A stretch of DNA of 31,438 nt from a virus. Lineage: Duplodnaviria > Caudoviricetes. The notes under the pieces were generated by a model that worked only from the letters and a program-made list of their open reading frames with translations, made no database searches and was not told the DNA's origin. The DNA lies in the IMG/VR virus record IMGVR_UViG_3300038530_001546, positions 1 to 31,438 of that record. One strand, written 5' to 3'. Position 1 is the first letter of the stretch. Each line of letters begins with the position of its first letter. The position numbers and the translations under genes are program-made. Positions 25,536 through 31,438 of the stretch are shown one piece after another.

Positions 25536-25808
25536 TTATCTTAAATAACAAATAACTTTGCCGGACAAACAATTGACATCGTCAAAATTTCCGTAAATAA
25601 TAACACCGGCGGGCAAAGTCAATGACGTGATTGAAGTGTCACCGGCTGCCGTGTCAATATCGCAAGTAATGACCGAAGTTTCAATAGCTTGGATTGCGCA
25701 AAAGTTTTCGCCGGCGTTTGACGTTCCCGACGCCGGAACGATTCGCAAACCTTTGTCGCCAAAAGATAATTTTTGAAAGTCGCTTGAAAAGTATAAATTT
25801 GAAGACAT
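25536..25808 (-). CDS. Small beta-rich virion protein (90 aa)
   Basis: ORF track; C-terminus IYGNFDDVNCLSGKVICY; precedes the spike genes. Confidence 0.6.
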   Translation of the reverse strand: MSSNLYFSSDFQKLSFGDKGLRIVPASGTSNAGENFCAIQAIETSVITCDIDTAAGDTSITSLTLPAGVIIYGNFDDVNCLSGKVICYLR

Positions 25809-25831
25809 AGAATTTTTTTTGTTTATTATTC

Positions 25832-25848
25832 ACAAAAATACAAAAATA
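25832..25848 (-). promoter_or_regulatory. Late-type promoter element (tandem TATTTTTG)
   Basis: Same 14-mer plus a second TATTTTTG. Confidence 0.65.
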
Positions 25849-25866
25849 AAAATTGTTTGATTTGAC

Positions 25867-25989
25867 CTAATTACGGCCTTGACCAATATATTTTTTTTTG
25901 CGTTGTGATAATGATTTATTTTTGGAATGGCGCCCCGGTCTTTTTTTTCTTTGCTTTTTAAAAAAGTTATTTATTTGTTTTTTAGCCAT
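25867..25989 (-). CDS. Small highly basic protein (40 aa)
   Basis: Manual: MAKKQINNFFKKQRKKRPGRHSKNKSLSQRKKKYIGQGRN. Confidence 0.65.
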   Translation of the reverse strand: MAKKQINNFFKKQRKKRPGRHSKNKSLSQRKKKYIGQGRN

Positions 25990-25990
25990 T

Positions 25991-26473
25991 TTATTTTTTC
26001 CAATTTTTTACAATTTTTTCGGCTGATCTCGCGCCAAAATAACCGCCATAAACAAGAAGCAGCAACGACGACAATAAATCGATCCATTGCGGCGCAATAT
26101 TAAAACCGCCGATTGACGAATCCAAAATAATATAAATAAACAATGTGAGCGTTAAAAATGCCAATACAAGCGGCCGGATGTTTTGCGTCAAAAATGAATC
26201 CGTTGCATTGTCTGAAACCCAACGCGTTGTGACTTCCTTCATTTCAATCATGTCAAATTCTAGTTCCGCCAACAACATTTGTTTGTCAGTTTCGGACAAT
26301 TTTCCGTCAGTTTTAATTTTGTCACTTAATAAGTTAAATGATTCGATTCCCGTTAGGTTGCCGGCAATGTCCAAAATTTCTGGCGCAACATCTTTTCCGC
26401 GAGCAACCAACCAACGCAAAGCGTCACCGACGCGCGTTGTTCCGTTTTTATCTTTATAAGATTTTTTTGCCAT
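25991..26473 (-). CDS. Putative holin (GTA 3TM-holin-like)
   Basis: RWVSD..SFLTQNIRPLVL, hydrophobic helices, YFGARSAEK; adjacent to the endolysin. Confidence 0.75.
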   Translation of the reverse strand: MAKKSYKDKNGTTRVGDALRWLVARGKDVAPEILDIAGNLTGIESFNLLSDKIKTDGKLSETDKQMLLAELEFDMIEMKEVTTRWVSDNATDSFLTQNIRPLVLAFLTLTLFIYIILDSSIGGFNIAPQWIDLLSSLLLLVYGGYFGARSAEKIVKNWKK

Positions 26474-26475
26474 TA

Positions 26476-26871
26476 TTAAATTGTTTTGTCAAATCGGACC
26501 TTTTCATCTCGAATGTCAACATGTGTGAACGTGTTGTATTTTCCGACGCCGCCAAAATATAAAATTTTGCGATCAATTAATTCATTGATTAAATTATATA
26601 ATTCCAACGGGTGTTTTGATTGGGCGACAATGTCCGCAGCTTTGCCAATTTTATGTTGTGAGTTTTTGGCACCTTTAACGTGGTTGTCATTGTATTCGGC
26701 GCAACGAAAACCGGAATTTATTTTAATTGGTTCGCCTATATAATCACGTAAGATTTGCAATTGTTCGGCTAATTTAGAAATATTGTTTTTTACGTTTGCC
26801 GTCATTTTACATTGGCAGTCTTTTAAATTTCCTTTACATTGGAATTCTGAAATATTAAAATTTTTAGTCAT
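26476..26871 (-). CDS. Endolysin, peptidase M15A family
   Basis: NFNISEFQC, INSGFRC..N..GAKNSQH..GKAADI, FTHVDIR. Confidence 0.9.
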   Translation of the reverse strand: MTKNFNISEFQCKGNLKDCQCKMTANVKNNISKLAEQLQILRDYIGEPIKINSGFRCAEYNDNHVKGAKNSQHKIGKAADIVAQSKHPLELYNLINELIDRKILYFGGVGKYNTFTHVDIRDEKVRFDKTI

Positions 26872-27025
26872 TGTCTTTGCCTTTGTTTTTATTCAAGTAA
26901 TACCAACGTTGTGCGGTATAACCGACAGAAATCAACAGCAAAGTAATTTTTAAAATTTCGTCAACCGCCGTGAATGAAATAACAAAAGAAAAAGTGTTCA
27001 ATAAATATAGTTTTAAATCATTCAT
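26864..27025 (-). CDS. Small membrane protein, holin-like (53 aa from MNDLK)
   Basis: Two hydrophobic segments and a basic tail; directly upstream of the endolysin. Confidence 0.6.
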   Translation of the reverse strand: MNDLKLYLLNTFSFVISFTAVDEILKITLLLISVGYTAQRWYYLNKNKGKDND

Positions 27026-27026
27026 T

Positions 27027-27464
27027 TTAAATTTGTTCAATCTTATTTGACAATTCAATGATTGCACGAAAATAAGTAAAATCCGAAAAATCGTCTTGAA
27101 AATATTTTGTTCCCTCGTTTACGCTTGTATAAACGCGAAAACCGTCACTTACTAAATCAATATAATTTGCGGTCCTTGTTCGCAATTGTTGCAAACATTG
27201 GTTGACCATTAAATTACAATCCAATTCGCCGCCGTCATTATTTGAAAACCGCGTAATGCATTCAATCCGCGTGATTGTTTCGGTTGTAAATGACGATTGA
27301 TTTTGGTCCGTTTCGTCACTGGAAACCGAATAAACGCGAATTAAGGGATAAACGGCGTCCGTTGGTATTCTATTGTAAACCAAAACCGTCGCGCCGTCAA
27401 TTGTCACGTTACCGGTCAATTTTGCAATGATTGCTTTGCGAACGAAATAAATTGCCTCTTTCAT
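27027..27464 (-). CDS. Tail terminator / completion protein (DUF3168-like)
   Basis: VYNRIP..YPLIRV; canonical position after the gp10-like gene. Confidence 0.75.
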   Translation of the reverse strand: MKEAIYFVRKAIIAKLTGNVTIDGATVLVYNRIPTDAVYPLIRVYSVSSDETDQNQSSFTTETITRIECITRFSNNDGGELDCNLMVNQCLQQLRTRTANYIDLVSDGFRVYTSVNEGTKYFQDDFSDFTYFRAIIELSNKIEQI

Positions 27465-27916
27465 TAATTTATTGCTTTATTTATTTCACCGGTCAACCGA
27501 TTCAATAAGTTTTTAAAACCAACGCGCGCCGAATTGAAAAAAAACGGACGCGGCGGCAAATTGACATCGCGAATCCCTTTGCCTTTAAATTGTGCTGCAT
27601 ATGTCGCCGGAATGCCTAATCGCAACATGTCATCTAAATCAACGCGACCACCGGTTCCAAATTCTACATAAGGCGCATATTTTGCATTGGCGACAACGTT
27701 GATTGATTTGCCGCTTTTTTGTGCGCTGATTGATTGACGTAGCGTACCGCCTTGAATTTTACCAACCGGCGCCGCACGTTTTGCTAGCCTAACAATTTCC
27801 AGGCCCGTTTTTCCTAATTCATTTGAAACCTTTTGCGATTCAAACGCGCGCAATTTATCTAACTTTTTATTTAGTTTTGACAAATCGGATTCGTTTATTT
27901 TTATATTAACATTCAT
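27464..27916 (-). CDS. HK97 gp10-family neck protein
   Basis: AKRAAPV..GTLRQSI, YAPYVEFGT, PRPFF. Confidence 0.88.
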   Translation of the reverse strand: MNVNIKINESDLSKLNKKLDKLRAFESQKVSNELGKTGLEIVRLAKRAAPVGKIQGGTLRQSISAQKSGKSINVVANAKYAPYVEFGTGGRVDLDDMLRLGIPATYAAQFKGKGIRDVNLPPRPFFFNSARVGFKNLLNRLTGEINKAIN

Positions 27917-28243
27917 TTAGGTTGATTTTGTTGCTAAAAGTTTTGTATAAAAATCCAAATCAAATTCAAATTTGTCGTTTATTCTATATTTTTGAGTTTC
28001 GCCTTCTAACGTAAACACATCGCCCAATTGAATCAAATCTGCGGTCTTTTTACGCATTGTTAACTCAATGTCAATGTCTTGTTGTCTTTTGCCGAATTTG
28101 TCTTTTATTTCGCCTTTTAATTGCGTTAAATTACACCAAACCGTTGCAATGGTTGACAGCGTTGAATTAAAACCACCAAAACCGTCCGCAATCTTTGAAA
28201 AGCGTTTTATCGTTATTTTAGAATCTAATTTTCCGGCTTGCAT
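27917..28243 (-). CDS. Head closure protein (SPP1 gp16-like)
   Basis: AGKLDSKITI..DGFGG..ATVWC. Confidence 0.85.
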   Translation of the reverse strand: MQAGKLDSKITIKRFSKIADGFGGFNSTLSTIATVWCNLTQLKGEIKDKFGKRQQDIDIELTMRKKTADLIQLGDVFTLEGETQKYRINDKFEFDLDFYTKLLATKST

Positions 28244-28755
28244 TAAACAAACATTGATTTAAATGATGTTAATATATTAATTGTTTTTGTTGGAATTTCT
28301 GAAACAATTGTTCCGGTGACAAAATCCGCGCGATTGTCATAATAAGTTGAAATCAATTGCAGCATGGCTTGTTTGATCAATGAATTGTTAATGCCGGCTG
28401 TCACATAGGTAATCAAAACGCGTTCGGCCGGTCCTTGATCCAATTCAATTGTTTCATTGTCCAAACCCAAAATTTCAAAATCTGTTGTCGCCGTTCCTTT
28501 GATTGTGATTTGTGAAATGCTTGCAATCGGCCCAAATGGCAAATCAAAAATTCCGTTTGTTTCGTCTAAATAATAGCTTCGATTTTTGGCGACAATATCT
28601 CGCGATATATAATTTTCACACCAAATCCGCGCTTGCGTGATCATTTCCGAAATCAACGAATCATCGGCGGTTGTATCAATCCGAACATAATCTTTGACGT
28701 TTTGAGTTGTCAATAATTCGGAACCGGTTGTTGTATTGATTTTAATTTGTCGCAT
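28243..28755 (-). CDS. Head-tail connector (HK97 gp6/SPP1 gp15-like); likely start MRQIK at 28755
   Basis: VKDYVRID..DDSLI..AR.WCENY, KQAMLQLISTYYDNR. Confidence 0.88.
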   Translation of the reverse strand: MRQIKINTTTGSELLTTQNVKDYVRIDTTADDSLISEMITQARIWCENYISRDIVAKNRSYYLDETNGIFDLPFGPIASISQITIKGTATTDFEILGLDNETIELDQGPAERVLITYVTAGINNSLIKQAMLQLISTYYDNRADFVTGTIVSEIPTKTINILTSFKSMFV

Positions 28756-28948
28756 TGTCTTTTGTTTCTTTGGATTCAATTTTCAATTCCTTTGTTTCAA
28801 TTTTGGCTTTGCTTTGCTTTTTATTTATTTGCGAAGCGTAACCCCTGGAAATCCAAATTGTTGCAATGTGATCCGGCAAATCGATTTTGTCACCGTTTTC
28901 GTATCGTTTGCCGTCCCTTAAAATTGATGTTTTGATTTTTAATTCCAT
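28742..28948 (-). CDS. Small head-associated protein (68 aa)
   Basis: GKRYENGDKIDL..A..WISRGYA; typical small gene between MCP and connector. Confidence 0.65.
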   Translation of the reverse strand: MELKIKTSILRDGKRYENGDKIDLPDHIATIWISRGYASQINKKQSKAKIETKELKIESKETKDNATN

Positions 28949-28970
28949 TGTCTAATATTTTTGTAAAGAT

Positions 28971-29003
28971 AAAAAAAAAGCGCCACATAAATTGTGACGC
29001 CTT
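28971..29003 (-). terminator. Rho-independent terminator
   Basis: GGCGTCACA-attta-TGTGGCGCT followed by a T run. Confidence 0.8.
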
Positions 29004-29040
29004 TTGAGAATGAAAACAATATGAAAAAACATTAAAGTAG
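28971..29040 (-). ncRNA. Candidate small RNA antisense to ATG-AAA-ACA / ATG-AAA-AAA start regions
   Basis: TAACTTTG box at 29043-29050, U-rich single-stranded region, then a terminator; 14-nt perfect complement to the start of 15244..15747. Function is inferred. Confidence 0.45.
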
Positions 29041-29394
29041 TGCAAAGTTATTAAAATTTTTTGAATACTTTTCCAAGCCAAGTGTGAAGGATTTTAAAAT
29101 CCCGTCGTTTTTTATTATAAAAAAACCGTTTCGTTGTTTTGAAAATATCGCAAAAAATTGAACGTCATACGTTGAATATAAATTGCCGTTTCGGTCACTT
29201 AAAAAAATTCGTTTGCGTGTTCGGTTTGATTCGTCAATTGCTTTGATCTGTACTTTTGACAATCCGTTTGGCGTGTCAATAATACAATCATAAACCGAAG
29301 TGTGAAGCAAAGGAAATGAAACCAAAAGATTGTTTTTCATTGCCTCAACGGCGAAAAGATATTCAGCGAAACAACCAAATCGGCTTGAATCCAT
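29032..29394 (-). CDS. Free-standing PD-(D/E)XK endonuclease (I-Ssp6803I-like family)
   Basis: GCFAEYLF..VSFP..YDCIID..KVQIK motif. Confidence 0.75.
   Translation of the reverse strand: MDSSRFGCFAEYLFAVEAMKNNLLVSFPLLHTSVYDCIIDTPNGLSKVQIKAIDESNRTRKRIFLSDRNGNLYSTYDVQFFAIFSKQRNGFFIIKNDGILKSFTLGLEKYSKNFNNFALL
29043..29050 (-). promoter_or_regulatory. -7 promoter box TAACTTTG inside the endonuclease 3' end
   Basis: Exact TAnnTTTG about 40 nt upstream of a terminator stem. Confidence 0.5.
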
Positions 29395-29407
29395 TTTATA
29401 AAGTTAT

Positions 29408-29440
29408 AAAAAAAAAGCGCTTAAATTAATAAGCGCCTTT
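29408..29440 (-). terminator. Rho-independent terminator
   Basis: GCGCTTA-ttaatt-TAAGCGC followed by T9. Confidence 0.8.
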
Positions 29441-29463
29441 TCAAAACTAACTAATAAATAAAA

Positions 29464-29616
29464 CTAATCACCGCCGTAAAGGGCCAACGATAAACCCAAA
29501 AAGAAAAGAAACAAAGTTCCAATAATATCGTTATAAAGAAACATTTGACGCGTTGCAAACACAAAAAATAAAATTGTTAAAACAAAGTTAATAAAATTGT
29601 TATAGTTGGTCCGCAT
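29464..29616 (-). CDS. Small two-TM membrane protein (50 aa from MRTNY)
   Basis: Two hydrophobic helices; the ATG at 29616 fits the overlap pattern better than 29652. Confidence 0.6.
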   Translation of the reverse strand: MRTNYNNFINFVLTILFFVFATRQMFLYNDIIGTLFLFFLGLSLALYGGD

Positions 29617-29725
29617 AAAAACACTGATTGCAACAATAATATTTGTCTTCACTTATTGGCGCTTGACAAACCCGGCATTCGAATTCGGGTTCGTCGCCCG
29701 GGAAATAATCTAAACCCCAAGCCAT
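29600..29725 (-). CDS. Small zinc-finger protein (41 aa)
   Basis: Manual: MAWGLDYFPGDEPEFECRVCQAPISEDKYYCCNQCFYADQL; homologous to 6638..6781. Confidence 0.7.
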   Translation of the reverse strand: MAWGLDYFPGDEPEFECRVCQAPISEDKYYCCNQCFYADQL

Positions 29726-29868
29726 GACGCAATATTTAAAGTTTGTAAAATATTATTGAAAAATTTATTGAATTTTGTTTGTGATTCAAAATTTTCAATT
29801 TCTTGTTTTGTATATACATTGACGCGTTTTCCGTCGTGTATTATAGTTAATCCGGTTGTTGTTTTCAT
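29710..29868 (-). CDS. Hypothetical protein (52 aa)
   Basis: Manual: MKTTTGLTIIHDGKRVNVYTKQEIENFESQTKFNKFFNNILQTLNIASWLGV; preceded by a promoter box. Confidence 0.65.
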   Translation of the reverse strand: MKTTTGLTIIHDGKRVNVYTKQEIENFESQTKFNKFFNNILQTLNIASWLGV

Positions 29869-29890
29869 TTGTCTAAAATTATATTTAAAA

Positions 29891-29898
29891 CAAAACTA
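29891..29898 (-). promoter_or_regulatory. -7 promoter box TAGTTTTG of the small-gene island
   Basis: Exact TAnnTTTG with TTG upstream, located after the MCP terminator. Confidence 0.65.
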
Positions 29899-29947
29899 AA
29901 AAAAAACTTTCAATTAAAAAAATATTTTTGGTTTTATTTTTATATAT

Positions 29948-29978
29948 AAAAAAGGCCCGGAATAAATCCAGGCCCTTT
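29948..29978 (-). terminator. Rho-independent terminator after the major capsid gene
   Basis: GGCCTGGA-tttat-TCCGGGCC followed by T6. Confidence 0.8.
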
Positions 29979-30000
29979 AAATTAATTGATTTGCGTAAAA

Positions 30001-31173
30001 TTACGGCGTTTCTAATGCAGCTTTTGCAGTTGTAAAATCACCTTTTACAAACGCGTTTGGCAAATAGTTGGTCAATGCGATTCTTTCAGAAACTCGGACC
30101 GTTACAAAACCGTCACGGACGTTTGTTCCGTCTTCTTTAAAGAATTCAACATTGATTCCGTCACGCACCCATAGTTGCGTTCCAATACCAAAGTTTCCAA
30201 TTAAGAAATTACCGGCGCTTATTGCGCTATTTAAAACAACCTTTACTCCCATGAATACGGGTTGTAGTCCGCTATAAACTTGATCTTTTAAATAATTGTT
30301 TTGCGTATCTTTTAACAATAGTATTTTGTGAAAATCTGTTGGATTTAACAAAATTGTATCGGCGTTGTAGTTTGCCAATGCTAATTGATTTAAAGACGCA
30401 ACAATTACGTCAAATTCATTTGCGTTGTCAACCGCGTCGGCTAATGATCCGGCAGCAAATGCAGTTGCGGAATTTTCAATACCGCCCAAATCGTTACCAC
30501 TTAAAATGTTTACGTCTTCAACGTCCAACAGTTTTTCGGGCGCACGGCTTGACAAATATGACGTTAATTGAGCGGTGTCGGCCAACATCTCTTCGGAAAT
30601 TCTGAAATAAGTTCCGATTTTCTTAACATTGGCGTCCGTCGCTGTCATGTCGAAATCGGATTGTGCAAACGTTGCGCCTTCGGCTGTAATGTCGGCGCCG
30701 TTTGAATATCCGCTCTCTTTTACATAACGAACAACGTCTGATGTTGTTGAACCTTGGGCCAATAATTCACGAATGTGTTGCGGGCGTGTGGGATCAAATT
30801 TGTAACCTGGAACGCGATCCGCTGCAATGACGCTTCCGGTGAAATCGGCGCCCGTTGTCATGTCCGCCTTAATTTCAAAGGCCGCGCTTCTTGAATGGCC
30901 TTTTGACAATTTTTCAATTGCGCCATTTTCAAATGCTTCACTTAAGGCACCTTTAAAAGTCATTCGTTTTTTGGCGCTGAATTGCTTTTTGTTTGCAACC
31001 TCAATCGCGTCCAAACGCTCATTTAGTTTTGTTGCCATTTCGGAAACTTCATTTTTTACAATGTCGTTAGCCTTCGATACAACAGTTTCAACCACTTCGT
31101 GATTGGATTTTTCGATTTTTGAATCAATGGCCGTGTTAAATTCGTCCAATTGATTTTTTATATTTTCGTCCAT
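30001..31173 (-). CDS. Major capsid protein, HK97 family, with N-terminal delta domain
   Basis: About 100-aa coiled-coil N-terminus, ISEEMLAD, LNPTDF..LKD..NYL, FMGVKVV, VTVRVSERIA..PNAFV. Confidence 0.95.
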   Translation of the reverse strand: MDENIKNQLDEFNTAIDSKIEKSNHEVVETVVSKANDIVKNEVSEMATKLNERLDAIEVANKKQFSAKKRMTFKGALSEAFENGAIEKLSKGHSRSAAFEIKADMTTGADFTGSVIAADRVPGYKFDPTRPQHIRELLAQGSTTSDVVRYVKESGYSNGADITAEGATFAQSDFDMTATDANVKKIGTYFRISEEMLADTAQLTSYLSSRAPEKLLDVEDVNILSGNDLGGIENSATAFAAGSLADAVDNANEFDVIVASLNQLALANYNADTILLNPTDFHKILLLKDTQNNYLKDQVYSGLQPVFMGVKVVLNSAISAGNFLIGNFGIGTQLWVRDGINVEFFKEDGTNVRDGFVTVRVSERIALTNYLPNAFVKGDFTTAKAALETP

Positions 31174-31176
31174 TTT

Positions 31177-31438
31177 TTATTTTTTTATGGAATTAATTAA
31201 ATAGTTTAAGATTTCGGAATCATTGTTTTTTGCTTCAACATTCGGCAAAGTGGTATCAACAACCGGCTTTGTGAATTCAACAAATAATGATTTTAATTTT
31301 AATAGTTCCGCTTCGATTGCAAATCCCATTTCGTCGGAAATTGAACCTTTGCGAATTAGTTTACATAAATTGTCGTATCTCTTTGACAATTTATTGACGT
31401 CAATATTGCCTTTGACGTCTAAAATTTTTGCTTGGTCA
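31177..31438 (-). CDS. Prohead protease C-terminus (5'-truncated by window)
   Basis: Frame open to the window edge (DQAKILDVKGNIDVNKLSKRY..); directly upstream of the HK97 MCP. Confidence 0.65.
   Translation of the reverse strand, partial: DQAKILDVKGNIDVNKLSKRYDNLCKLIRKGSISDEMGFAIEAELLKLKSLFVEFTKPVVDTTLPNVEAKNNDSEILNYLINSIKK

Noticed and set aside
28890-29081. 63-aa minus-strand ORF MAWKSIQ..
   Set aside because: It overlaps two genes and runs through a terminator; the region is better read as UTR or sRNA.
29441-29466. U-rich 3'UTR with a TAGTTTTG box as a third sRNA
   Set aside because: No convincing target in the window, and the box directly abuts the terminator.
1581-31102. All plus-strand ORFs in the track (e.g. 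24344..25123, 14159..14590, 20131..20562)
   Set aside because: They are antisense shadows of well-supported minus-strand genes and have no motifs or promoters.
1-31438. CRISPR array, tRNA, integrase/att site, alternative genetic code
   Set aside because: No regular repeat-spacer array, cloverleaf or recombinase was seen; genes are intact under the standard code with all three stop codons used.

Overview
Tailed-phage (Caudoviricetes, siphovirus-like) DNA, AT-rich, with every credible gene on the minus strand. Repeated TAnnTTTG (-7) promoter boxes point to a Bacteroidota (probably Flavobacteriaceae) host. Read from right to left, the window holds: the C-terminus of a prohead protease, an HK97-type major capsid protein, a small-gene/PD-(D/E)XK island, head-tail joining genes, lysis genes, two paralogous spike/fibre proteins, tail tube, a tail chaperone with a -1 frameshift, tape measure and one large tail-tip protein. 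An early/replication module follows (HTH, ssDNA-annealing protein, SSB-like, RecE-like, DnaA-domain-IV protein, VRR-NUC, initiator with iterons, PAPS-reductase-family protein, putative nuclease, primase-helicase, three N4/N6 methyltransferases). The leftmost ~7.4 kb carries a second, unrelated tail module with its own frameshifting chaperone-like gene and tape measure start, and a different oligonucleotide signature. The switch falls in a methyltransferase 5' end that is repeated 2.37 kb away, so this is either an assembly chimera or a natural mosaic. The most novel candidate is a promoter/terminator-bounded ~70-nt non-coding RNA (about 28971-29040) that is antisense to the shared ATG-AAA-ACA (Met-Lys-Thr) start of several early genes, together with a second set of mutually complementary UTR motifs; this may be a phage sRNA switch. 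All calls come from manual reading and no database searches were run.
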